Shown here in pieces: positions 37,553 through 49,948 of a stretch of DNA of 64,000 bases; positions within the stretch are counted from its first letter, which is position 1, and each line of letters begins with the position of its first letter. This DNA is from Adineta vaga (taxonomy: Eukaryota > Animalia > Rotifera). The notes under the pieces were generated by a model that did not search any database, had not been told where the DNA came from, and worked only from the letters and a program-made list of their open reading frames with translations. The stretch covers positions 3,658,001 to 3,722,000 of the forward strand of contig CP075494.1 of NCBI GenBank assembly GCA_021613535.1, written 5' to 3'. The position numbers were made by a program, and so were the translations under genes.

Positions 37553-39166
37553 GTTTATAATGATTGCATAAAACTTTTTCATCAATTTCCAATTTATGTA
37601 ATAAATGTTTCTACCGTCAATAAAATAACAAAAAAAAACATGTTTCTTCATATTTATGTAAATATTTTGAACGTGTCATCAAAAATGACACGTATCTCAT
37701 TCTCTATTGACCAAAAATATATAAATCATTATTGTCCTACATAGAATGAACTGGAAGCTTTCAGTGCATATTCTTTTATGTTGATTGTTCAAGTCTGTAA
37801 ATTATAGATGTATAGCAATTGAAATTAAAAAATCTGTTTGTTTGTTTTCTAGTTCGTACTATACTATCTTTGTATTAATTTAAATTCTTTTATGAAATAA
37901 TATTATAAATAAATAGAGTGTGAGCTGAATCAATACTCTCACTAAAATATAAGGCTGCAAGCGTATTATTTTAGTTATACTTTATCTCAGAATTTTCTGC
38001 ATCTGTGTATATATATATCTGTCCATAACAGCATTCACAAAAGATGTTTTTTTGGTTCATATCGTCAGAAGAAACAGAAGGATGTACACAACGGAAAATA
38101 GTTATAAAATTTTATTGAAGCAACAGTTTGTTTTTCTGTAATTAATCAAGTCACATTCACATAATTCCATCGCGTTGCTTCTCTTGTAAAATCTTCTGTA
38201 GTTATTTTCAAGTGTTCGTATTCAACACGTCATTTACTTGAACAGCACGGTAGATATTTTTTGCTATATCATTGAGAAATTGTTCGATATAATTTCTTAA
38301 TGAAATTATTCTTCGTCTTATTCAATTTTGTCGTATAGTTCATCGATTTGAAAATTCAAATAAAAATCATCGTTTTATATTAATTAAATATAATTCTTTA
38401 TTTTTTACAGGGATTTTATCATATAACAGGTGTCGGTGTGTATATATGTATATTTGATAGACTTCATATACCCTTCTCCGTTTTTTCGATGATTTTTAAG
38501 CTTGAGCACTTCACTTGAGACATATTTTCAAAAAAACGAGAAAGACCTCATCAGTAAAATATAGTGCTTTAATAGATGGTCGACCATGTTGAAGATAAAA
38601 GAAACATTAAACACGATTATTATTATTTGAAAATGAACTAAACGACGACTAAAAATAAATGAATGAATTAGAATAAAAGATACCGCTTAGAAAATTAAAA
38701 GCACTGTATATTTTGTTTTATCACATATGCACATTTTTAGAATAAAATTAGAAGTGCTCTTTTGTCTATATCATACGTTTACTATCAAAATTTGAAAAAA
38801 AAACGCTTTCCTCATTCACGATAGTAGACCTTGCCAATTGTTACTATATAGATCACAAAAATCCAGTTCGTATCAGTTTAGCGCTTGTTAACTGAAAATA
38901 TAGTAGCTTTAAGTATGCTAAGTCAAAATTATCACCAAGTGAAGCGATCAATTTTGACCTCCATTACTTTTTATCTCCTAGTTACACCATTAATTATGAA
39001 TGAAGGAAAAAAGAAAAACAAGACCTTCAAGTGTAACTTAAAATATACTATGTAATCAGTAAGTTCTGACAATCTAACTTTTTCTTTTATCTTAATAAAC
39101 TATGTTGCTGTGATGGTACATCGTTAGTTGTTAGTATTCAATTATCTTGTCGCGTTATACATCGAA

Positions 39167-40208
39167 ATGGCAGATGTTAATCAAATTTATTTGATTGGAT
39201 CAAGTATAAGTCGATATGGATCATTCATTGTTTATCCATTGGGATTGATAGGAGCAATCATCAATATTATCATTTTTAGTACCGATAAAGACTTGAAAAA
39301 GACTACTTGTTCTCCATTATTTTTGGCATCCTCTATTACTTCGACTATACTTTTATTTTTGGGCTTAGTAACAATTTGTTTTGGGTTATTTAATCTTAAT
39401 TTAACTTATACCAATGATGGAATTTGTAAAGTCTATATCTTTTTTCTTTATGGATTATTTTGTTGTGTAGCTCTATTCACTTCTTATCTTTCTATTGAAC
39501 GATGGTTAAGTAGTAGTAGAAATGCTACTTTACGACATTTATCTTCGATTAAAAATGCTTATCGTGCTGTTATAATAACAATTATTATTATATCTATCTT
39601 ATGTTCACAAACATTTTATTGTTTCTTGGCTAATCGAGTTAGTACACGAGGTCAATGCAGTCCAGTGAATATTATATGTACGTATATCAATGATTTCATT
39701 ATTTTTATGATGACTGTTTTTGTTCCATGTTCAATTATGTTTATATTTGGATTATTAACTTTGTCTAATATTAGACAAAGTATAAATCGAACTCAACCCA
39801 TAGAACCATTGAGAACAACAAAACGTGATCGACGATTCATGAAAATACAATCAACAATTACTATAATGATGTTTACACAAGTTTTTTTACTCTTATTTTG
39901 CAATATAGCTAGTGGTATACAAAAAGTCTATACAACAATTACAGGAAATGATTATAAAAGTCCTGAACGTCGAGCCATTGAAACTGCTATTTTTCAAACT
40001 GTCTTTCTCATAAATTATATCGGTGCTGGGGTATATGATTTCATTGCCCTATCTATTATATGTTTTATTTTATTGTTTTTAGTTGCCATTCTATATGTAT
40101 ACTTTGACTGGTGCAGTATTTCGACAAGCACTTTTTCGTCTGATTTATATGATTTTTCATTGTAATCGAGCACGTCAAGAAGTCGCTCCATCGCAAGGAT
40201 CCAACTGA
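39167..40208 (+). CDS. Rhodopsin-like GPCR, 2 exons (intron ~40031-40082)
   Basis: GLIGAIINIIIF, ICK, LSIERW, VFVP; spliced TM7 LPFYMYTLTGAVFR. Confidence 0.85.
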
Positions 40209-40281
40209 TTCCAAAAATAAAATTAAGAACAATTTTTGTTTGTTGTTTTTTCCTAGTGAAACTGTCTTCATCTCTACGTAT

Positions 40282-40326
40282 TGAGGGTGTCGATATAGGC
40301 GGGTAAAGAGAATAACGACATCCTCA
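40282..40326. repeat. Telomere-like hairpin element between convergent genes
   Basis: tgagggtgtcg pairs with cgacatcctca at 10/11; loop shares gagaataa with the 3860 copy. Confidence 0.7.
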
Positions 40327-40532
40327 CCCATATCATCATCTCCCTTTTGTATTAGTAAAAATATTAGTATCATATAGTCTATCTAATTACTATATTCATT
40401 TAATTCCTGAAAACTGAGAAAAGAAGAATGTTTGTTATCTTTGAAAATGAGACAGAATAAATTTGTTTCTGAATATTTCATGACTTTTTATGTATGAATT
40501 AACTATTGTTCTATTGATGTTTGAAAGAATGT

Positions 40533-42148
40533 CTAATCTGTATCATCAAGAGCGGTTATATTCGCATTTTTCAATAGAATTCCGTATGGTCGAACAGCAG
40601 TTGGATCAACAATACGCCAAGCTTCGCCAACTTTTACAGGACGTTTATGAATTGTATATGAATTCGGTCGTACACGACATTGAAAAACAACTTCAAATGT
40701 TTCAATCTTCTCTGCTGAAATATTCACTTCAAATTTGTTTGTATATTGTGGATAAGATCCACCATTACATCGAGTAGCAACATATAATCCAGGTCGATTA
40801 ACTTCTTGTCCTTTTTGTTGAATAGCTTCATCTAACATCGCATCTCTTTTAATCGAACTAGTTAGTAAACCAAGTTCGGCGATGCCTTTCACTGCCAATG
40901 ATTGTGTTCCATGAAAAGCAACTGGCCATTCACCAGGACCATTAATTGAACCAAGCCATTTCGGTTCATCTTGATATTTATCATCAACTTTAAGTGCATG
41001 ACGATACCATTGATTTGGTAAGTAATATTTTAAATTTCCACGCAGTTGTGTTTTCGGTAAACCTTCTTGTCGATAATCAAAATTAAATCTTCGATCAAAA
41101 TCACTTGGTTTTAATTGTAAATAAGATAAGATTGGCATCCACTGACATTGATAATCATCTGGAATAATATGATAAAGAACATTTGTTGCTTTTGAAAAAC
41201 CTTGTCGTGCATGAGTCTAAATAATCGAATGATTAAAATAATCATAATCTTTGATATTACCTGAAAAAGTTCAGCAAGTTCTTCTGTTTTTGTCTTTTCA
41301 GGTGTTGTTAAAACTAGATTAATTTGAGTTTTACCTTTGATTTTCGTTGATTTTTCTACTGATATAATCCGAATAAAATCATTTGAACAAGATAAATCTT
41401 TCGCAAGATCATCAACAAACGATAATACAAATGTTTTCATTGTTTCGTTTGATTTTGCTAATTGATCATAATTCAAATCAAGTAAAAGTGAAAATTTTGC
41501 TGAAGATAATTGTTCATTAACAAATAAATGAGCACTACCTAAATCAGCTATACCACAAGCTGTTCGATAATGACTTTCTTCAAACGAAAGATTCTCTGTT
41601 GTAAAAGTTAATTTTCCACCAAATTCTTTAATAAATACATCAAGTGCAAGAACAAGAGTTTCACTTGAATCGGCTTTTACTTCAAGTGGTTTCTTAGTAA
41701 AATCAACTGTTTCATTATTTTTAGTACGAAAACATGCGATTGTATTATATGGACGATGATCATTGATATTTGATGGATATTTTATAGTTTTTAAAACTTC
41801 TTTTTCTTCTTCTTCAGTCGATTTAAACCATCGAGGTGTCATATGAACTTCAGTGGAAGTTTTTCCAATATTCATCATAACAAATTGATGATGTTCAGAT
41901 TGAAGTGAAATTCCAATTAAATCTGTTTTTTTCGTTTTAAAAAACGAATAAACTTCTTTTACTTCTTGATATTGCTCGTATGTTAAACGATTATATGATG
42001 TTCGTAGTTTTCTAATTCTAATAATTACTCCAATGTCAAGATCAGGTGAACGTATTGAATCATTTGATTTTAATTCAATTAAATCTTCACGAATTTTACC
42101 GATATTTCTATTGAGTTTATAAATCTTACTTCGATCGCTCATTGCCAT
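40533..42148 (-). CDS. Protein with C-terminal NEURL4/Gig2-like PARP-type ART domain, 2 exons
   Basis: RGNLKYYLPNQWYRHALKV, EWPVAFHGT, GLYVA, VVFQCRVRP, VRPYGILLK; intron ~41217-41261 restores frame. Confidence 0.75.
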
Positions 42149-43752
42149 AACAGAATATCTAATTTTATTCTACGACGAATATTTCAGTGAAATTTTTTCC
42201 AACATAAGTTTTTATATCGATTGAATAGATTTCTTTTTTTGCTAAGAAATCTGTAAGATCAAAATTAATATTTGTTGAAACCCTAGTTTTCTTCATTGAA
42301 TAGACTATCAAATTTGCATTATTTATTATTTTGATTTTAATCGTATTTCATTCTATTTGATTATTGTGTAAGTGGGTTTTTTCGAATAAAGAAGAAAAAG
42401 GATGATATACGATAACAAATGAAGATCCGAATGCAATTGCAAATTATGGTGTAGATTGTATGGAAATACTGTTCTTATGTTAATACATGTGTTAAAGAAG
42501 AGAGTTAACTGAGAAAAGATGAAATAAATAAACGATGAGAACTTTTTGATAAATCATTTATTGTCGGTTGGAAATAAAACGTGTAGATTTTAGTTCGCCA
42601 TAAACGTTGCGTATGGACCTGATTGTGATAAACAACCATTTCCATTGCACATATCGCAAAAGATCGGTGAAGGACAGATAACAACGGTTCAAGACATAAA
42701 ACTACAGATTGTTACTCATTTCATATTTTTGCATAGAATTTACACATCTTTCTTTACTCTCAGATAAAATTGTCAATAATTGATTGATGGAAATGACGTA
42801 AAGAAAATGTAGAAAGAAATCAACCAAAATGGTTATCAGATCTGCTAGAAATAAGATTACAAAGCACAAAGCATTATTGAATTTCTTAACTCGACGAAAA
42901 AAAAAATTAAAACATTCAAAATGTTCCGATGAGAAGACAAAGTAGCAGAATTGATAACGAAATTATACGTTGAGCAATAACGACCTGATTAATTCATTCA
43001 TTAATTAAAAAAAGAACGAGATGAAAGTAAGTTCTTTCGCCCTCTCCCAACCTTTATAAAACAGGCTAATAACAACTATGATGAAGAAGAAATTATCAGA
43101 AAAAGCGATTAAATGATGATGCTAACTCTTTTCTTATCTTTTATTTACAGGAAGTTCTTTTTATAGGCTCAATAATTGACAATTGTTAGTTTGAGTTCAC
43201 GGTACTCAGGGAAGGCTTTTAAATCTTGTCCTTGAATAAACAAAAGAAACAATATTTGTTATTGTTTCTTTAGAATCAAGGCAGAGATCTTTTCTAAAAA
43301 TGAAGATTTCATTCATACGCCAATACATATTAAGAAGTCTAAACTAAAGTGCTGTATCGTTAATAATTAAAAATGACGCAAGTTTTCTGAGGAAAAAAAT
43401 CATTTTTTTCTCGCATTGTCATATATAAGAATTGGATTCATTAATTCTGTATGTACTGATGAACATAATGACATTCTTTTCAAAATTTTATCGGCCATTA
43501 CCAACTGTAACGGCAAATTGATTTAGTAGATGTCTGCTTCTGGTGGCATGGATGTTTATTGAGCTATCTCACATATCTATGGACTGGATTAATGAATGTC
43601 AAAAGTTCCTTACGTCAATAACTCGCTGTTAAAAACATAGAGTTATCATAGATCACGAGATTTATCGTCATTCTTTATCATATAAAATCAAATATCTTTT
43701 TATTTTTACATATAAACAATTACTATTTCATTTAGTACTCAATTCAAATTGT

Positions 43753-44867
43753 TTAAAGAATAATTTCGTTATATGTCGGTAAAATTTCACTTGCAAGAAA
43801 ATCTTCATAACTCGGTGGTTGTTTATCTTCTTGATTTTGTAATCGATATTGAATAATTTCTGGTATTGATTGAAATTCTTCAGGAATATTCAATGTCGAT
43901 TGATGATCTGTTGTACAAATAATCGGTAATTTTAATATCAAATGACTTTTTGATGATGAATTTAAATAACATTCAATTTGAAGTTCATATCGAACATGTG
44001 TAAGATGTGATGTCGGTGCCATGAGTCGACATTTATCTAATGGAATTGTAAATTCATATGTACATTGTCGATATTGATCGTGAAATTTGTCCGATTCAAA
44101 ACCAGGTAAAAGAAATGAAAAGATTGTTAAATCAGTTTCTTCATGAATAATAAATCGATATTGTTTAAGAATTATTCGAATTGATTTGATTATTTGTTGT
44201 AATGGATTAATAAGTTTGATTTGTAATGTAAACTTTTTTTCAGGTACAATAAGTCCTTTATTAGATAGAATACCATGTAATTTAACAGATTTATATTTTA
44301 TACACGACTGAACTGTGAAATTTTCTCTGAGAAAATTTGGCATTGGTGATCGCGTAAAAACTAAAAATGAACTTTTTTGAGTTAAATAAGTATTCGAATC
44401 GAAATAAACATAAGCATAATAACAAATACATGGATCATAATCATCTTTAGGTGGTAATGATGACGGAAGAAAACAATCAAGTAAACCATGAAATGTCCAA
44501 CGATAAATTCGAAGAGAATTTGATTTCTAAAGAATAAAGCATATCGAAAGAAAATATTTCTTTTTTCAAAAACAAAAACCTTTTGTTGATTTTTTATTTG
44601 AATTAATTTTGTTTGTCTTCGAAAAAATATTTTAACACCATCGGTCGATCTTTGATATCTATGTCTTTTAAAATCATGTAATTCTCCAATTAATTCAACA
44701 TGTAATAAACCATATTTCATATATAAATCATTTGTTTCATTTGTTGTTAATTCAACTATTCCTTCAACTTGATCACCACTTAAATAAAAATCATTTGGAG
44801 TTTCACGAGTAAATTTTACTTTGTATGAGAAAAAAATTGGAATTGTGTTACTATAATTATTACCCAT
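43753..44867 (-). CDS. Alpha-arrestin (arrestin-domain protein), 2 exons
   Basis: FYLSGDQVEGIV, LPSSLP, APTS..VRYEL, C-terminal PPSY/LPTY motifs. Confidence 0.85.
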
Positions 44868-45208
44868 GAAGAGTATTTTCCTTTCGTACTATGTCTATAG
44901 CCCGCGTACACTAAGATGTCGAAGAGACAAAATATAGAACTATCGAGACGAGAAACATCATGAACAAAAAAGACGTTTCTAACATCGAAGAGAAAGAAAG
45001 AAAAAAAACCTTGTTTCTTCTTTTCTTTTTATAGTAACAGAAAGAAAAAAAAAGTTGAACGATCACAAGACAACCGTCGATTGATGAGTCATAGAAATAT
45101 AGTAGAGACGATAGTGAGAATTGTATACGTATCTTCTAAATTCTCACGAATCATATGCTCGTATTCCATATACATATCTTATAAAGATCGAATATGTGTC
45201 AATTGTAT

Positions 45209-45292
45209 AGGATGTGTGTGCGAGTGTGAATCATACGAACATCATAAACAACAGTCACACTCGTCTCCATTCATATCCTCACCCTCCCTCAA
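45209..45292. repeat. Degenerate telomere-like hairpin element
   Basis: cgagtgtga / tcacactcg perfect 9-bp arms, followed by cctcaccctccctcaa. Confidence 0.5.
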
Positions 45293-45792
45293 AATGAATT
45301 ATATTTGAACATTAGGTTCAATCAAAATAAACAGAAGAAAAAACATCTGGAATTTCTCAGTTTCGCTGTGTATTAAGACGCGAGGATAAATATGACACTT
45401 GTCTGTTTATGTCAATGATCAGTTGAGTATAGTTGATGGACACTTTTCGAAATGTTTGATTTTTGAGTTAAAAATTCTTTTTTTGTAAGATTCTAGACAT
45501 AGTTCAGAATGTAAGTGTATAAGTATAGAGAATGAGCCATCACTTGCGTACCCTTTTTTTTTGTATATTATAACAATAATTACCCTTCTTACTATATTGC
45601 TCAATTTGTTGATTTGTGTCTTTCAACTCAACACAGTTATATTCGATAATCTATTTTATATAGCAAATAGATTTAAATCGAATTTGAAATGATTGTAAAT
45701 ATATAAAAGACACCGAAATAGATTACCACTGTTCTTTCTTTTTTTTATCAATGATACATAGATTTACAAAACAAGAAAAGAAATTTTTCTTT

Positions 45793-46755
45793 TTAATCGT
45801 TACCTACGACGTTGACACGAACGAAACAATATCTCAAATGTTTTCCGTCGAAAAGGTTTCGATACAAGGATATATATATGTAGAAATTAATGCTTATGGT
45901 TATAAAATATATAGAATAAAGACACAATGTTATAAATAATTCAATTCCTTGTAACGCGGCAGATTTGAAATGATATTGAGTAGATTGTCGATAAATATTG
46001 AAAGCAGTCGCTAGAAGTGCCGATGGAACATATCCAATGATTTCAAATAGAAGAAAAAGAAATAATTGCCGATCTTTTGGACGGTGAATGTTATTTGTAT
46101 TTGGACTAGCTTGAACTGGTCGAACACGTCCTCCATGAACATTTCTCAATGCAATTACACCAAATATAATTAAAAGAAATGATGGAAGTGTTCCATGGAT
46201 GATAAGATCATAAATACTGATAAAAACTCTATAAACACCTGGAGGATAATAGCATATCAAAAGAGTTGGATAGAGTTCATATACATTAACAATTATAAGA
46301 TGATGAAAATAAAAGAGTAAGAAAAAGAGTGTTACTCCCAAAATAGAATAATAAGCTAATCGATGAGAACTACGTTTTCGTACTGATTCTTTCGGTGATG
46401 TGATCAAAGCTCGATCAATCGAAGCTAATACGAGATAATATGGTACCATCGTGTAAAGTGTTGTTCTGATAAAAAACTGAATTTTACAATAAGCAATACT
46501 AGACGATGAAAGATCAGTTGTGATCATCGGTAATAATATTGTAAAGCAACCAACATAAATTAAGAACAAATTCATGATATAATAGACACTGAAGTAAATA
46601 CAACCTACGTTTTGTCGCATTGTTCTGTGAGTAAATACAATAACAGTCAAAATGTTACCCACAGTACCAAGAAATAGTAGAACGCCACCCACTCCCACAC
46701 CTACATAAATTCCAGTGATTAACAAAGAACTCTTCAAATCACTGTTGGACGACAT
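45793..46755 (-). CDS. Rhodopsin-like GPCR; (TA)n slip after TM7 alters the C-terminus
   Basis: GTVGNILTVIVF, YCK, LASIDR, NFYIY. The canonical continuation ILVSKPFRR is out of frame at the tatatata run (~45870). Confidence 0.85.
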   Translation of the reverse strand: MSSNSDLKSSLLITGIYVGVGVGGVLLFLGTVGNILTVIVFTHRTMRQNVGCIYFSVYYIMNLFLIYVGCFTILLPMITTDLSSSSIAYCKIQFFIRTTLYTMVPYYLVLASIDRALITSPKESVRKRSSHRLAYYSILGVTLFFLLFYFHHLIIVNVYELYPTLLICYYPPGVYRVFISIYDLIIHGTLPSFLLIIFGVIALRNVHGGRVRPVQASPNTNNIHRPKDRQLFLFLLFEIIGYVPSALLATAFNIYRQSTQYHFKSAALQGIELFITLCLYSIYFITISINFYIYISLYRNLFDGKHLRYCFVRVNVVGND

Positions 46756-47764
46756 CGTAATGGGGTGTGAATCGTGTCTAATGATAATGCAAATAAAATC
46801 GTGTAGAAGAGAAAAATATTGTGAATTATAGTAGCAATTTGTTCTTGAGTTACTAAAATCTGAAGTTAAGAATTGAACATAGAACAAATAAAAGTCTTCG
46901 AATACTATTTCAAAGAAGAAAATAACACAGCGAAGAAACAAATTCTAACGAAATTGTATCCATAAAATGAAGTAGATTTATTATCATAATATACTTGAAT
47001 CCTGAAGATTGAGAAAGAACCGAGAAGTTTTTCTATATTTTTTTAAATCAACTATGCTTGTTTAAACGTGTGTTCTTTTAATTGTTTTTTACGCCTAAAG
47101 ATTAATTCTAACGTTATATGATAGTTTAATATCTTATCCGATTCCAATTTTTCTATTCATATTTAGTGAAGTATTATTCTCAAAATAGCGTTTGGATCAT
47201 TAATATTTTTCCATCAGTCAACGAATATTGAACTATATTGTACGCAGAAGTATGACAAGGATACCACAGATTCATCTACTGTTACACGTACTACAGTAAT
47301 TATCAATATGCGGATGCTGAAAAAGAAGAGTGAACGAATCAGATCGATAGTTGAAAACTGAATAAAAAACACTTTTTTTCTTCATCATGATTAGACTTGA
47401 GTGGAAAAAAAATAATGAGTTTTAATCAGAAAATATCATATTTCTGACAGTTTATTATTGCACGATAGTATATAAATACTCTATGCTTTGCATCGCCTAT
47501 TAGTAATTCTAGGAAACTGTAAGCATGTATCTTCTACCTCTGACTTTATTGATATAAAACATGATCTATATCTAAAAAAAAATTTTCTACCATAAAGGAT
47601 GTCAGTTAAAGTTCTTTCTTTCACTTACTCCTTTCAACTTTATCAAATAAAGATAAAGAGAAATCTTTTATTCACACGTGTTTTATCTAGATGAAAAAGA
47701 AAGTTAGTTGTATCTTCTTCACATCAATGGAATTCTGCTTTCATAAAACCCGAACTTAACCAGC

Positions 47765-48958
47765 ATGGATGGAAATAGAGTAGAAGTAATCTATAAAGAA
47801 GAAAAGGGACGATATACGATAACAACTAAAGCTTTATCCGAAGGAAAAATCTTATTTGTATGGAAACCGTATGTACTTGTTCCATATGTAACTTATAAAG
47901 ATCAAATATGTGCTAATTGTATATCAATATCAATTAAAGAAAAGATTCCATGTCGACAAAATTGTTCTTTTGTTTATTATTGTTCGAATCAATGTGAAAA
48001 AGAACATTGGAATAAATTTCATCAATATGAATGTTTATTTCTTAAGAATATTTTTCAATTAGAAAATCTTGGTTTTAATGATGAAGTTGTGAATTATTGT
48101 CAATTAGTGATGCGTATTCTTACTCAACGATTCAAAGATCTTCTAGAAAATTCGAATGAAATGTCAATTGATGATATTTGGATTTCATCATCACATTTTG
48201 ATAAATTTACAAAAGAAAAAACAAATGAATTTGAATTGATTGCAAAATTATTAACGAAATATATTTTAACTCAACTTATTTGTGAAGAATCGAAGGATTG
48301 GATTGAAATATTTCTTCCAAATAATCAAGATGTTGAAAAAGTTCGAATCAATAATTTTGATCTTTGGTTTAATGAATTAATCGAATCTTGTTCATTCATA
48401 AATAATCGAACTTCTATTGAATCTTTATTGAAAAAAGTGTTCATTTTGATCTGTATTGAAGAAATCAATGCATTATTTCATATTACATTTCGATTAGAAG
48501 GATACACTTCATCACCTCAAACGTATGCAATGGGATTTTATCCGTCTGCTGCTTTTGTTAATCATTCATGTTCACCAAATTTAGCACGTTTTCCAATTGA
48601 AAACGATCAACATGGATATTCTGTTGGTGATGTTGTGTATTTTGCTACACGATCAATTCGAAAAGGTGAAGAAATCTGTTATAGTTATTTAGAAAGAGAT
48701 TATTTACTTTATCAAAAAGAAGAAATTCCACCAGATGAAACTATCGAAAGTCAAATGAGAAGAAAACAACGTTTGAAAGCTGAATTTTTTTTTGATTGTA
48801 ATTGTATACGTTGTGAAAATGAATCCAATGGAATAGTTGATCTATCCTATATGAATTTAATTAAACAATTAAAATGTCAGCAATTGGAATGTAAAGGCTG
48901 GTTTATTCCATCGTTTGAAAATCAAATGATTTGTCAAGCATGTGAAACATTCCGATAG
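47765..48958 (+). CDS. SMYD-family SET/MYND lysine methyltransferase
   Basis: KGRY; MYND CANC...YYCSNQCEKEHW..HQYEC; FVNHSCSPN; EEICYSY; FFFDCNCIRC. Confidence 0.92.
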   Translation: MDGNRVEVIYKEEKGRYTITTKALSEGKILFVWKPYVLVPYVTYKDQICANCISISIKEKIPCRQNCSFVYYCSNQCEKEHWNKFHQYECLFLKNIFQLENLGFNDEVVNYCQLVMRILTQRFKDLLENSNEMSIDDIWISSSHFDKFTKEKTNEFELIAKLLTKYILTQLICEESKDWIEIFLPNNQDVEKVRINNFDLWFNELIESCSFINNRTSIESLLKKVFILICIEEINALFHITFRLEGYTSSPQTYAMGFYPSAAFVNHSCSPNLARFPIENDQHGYSVGDVVYFATRSIRKGEEICYSYLERDYLLYQKEEIPPDETIESQMRRKQRLKAEFFFDCNCIRCENESNGIVDLSYMNLIKQLKCQQLECKGWFIPSFENQMICQACETFR

Positions 48959-49948
48959 ATTTATTCTTATATTTAAAATAAAATTTTGAGAATGTATGAT
49001 TTCTTGTTTTAAATTCCGGCAATGATCGCGGTGAGTGTCATCTCGATTCGCCGTTGATATCGTCTAATTAAATACAATTCGACTTTTACTAAAATCGCAA
49101 CAATAAGAATATCAAGTTTATTATCTTAGAGAAGTAAGCCAAATGCTAATAATTTGGTCTTGCAAAGCCATTCAATTCTGAATGATTATAATAGTTATAA
49201 CAAGCGAGAGTAACACAACATAGACACGAGCAGTAGTATGTTCTCTTTAGCGATAATAATGCACTTTTGAACAAATTGAGCTCAAGTAATACGCGTTGCA
49301 GAACATGTCAACAGGCACGTATGCGCTCGGCAAGTGAAACGTCGTCGTTAAATAAATATACTTCTATATAATTTTTAAAAAGTTCAAGATTTATTTCAAC
49401 TTCTAAGAAATCACCAATGCGTTATCCATTCACACCCTCATATTGTCCAGGAATTCTTTTCTTTTTTCAGAAATCAATTCAAATCTTGTCAAATATCCGA
49501 ACTTTCTTTTATATAAAAGCAAATACTCGTATTTGATTAAATATTAAAAACGACGGATGTTGATGTTCAGAGCGACATGAAACTAATAGTATTACATAAA
49601 TTATAACTATTCGTAATGAAAGAAAGAAAGAAAGAAAGAGGAAAAAAAATGCTACATATAAATCGCACGTACACTTTACGTACGCGAACTGATCGTTCTG
49701 TCGCTTATTGAAAATATAATGCGTGACTAATATTCCCTTTTTCTTTTTGTTTAAACTTTAAAGTAAGCATGATGTTGCATTTCATGCATTTACCTTTTTC
49801 TTACTCAAGGTAATACTTTCATACAAAATACAACAGTATTTCTACCTACCTTTATTATTCTTACTTTCATTCTTTCTTTCTTTTTTTTTGTAATAAGGAT
49901 TTCTATAAGTTGAACTATTCGAACGTTGATTATTCAAATTATTCAACA

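Noticed and set aside
42380-43650. Patches resembling decayed exons
   Set aside because: No recognisable motif or consistent frame.
46684-46704. ccacccactcccacacc telomere-like run
   Set aside because: Encodes VGVGVGG in TM1 of the GPCR; coding coincidence.
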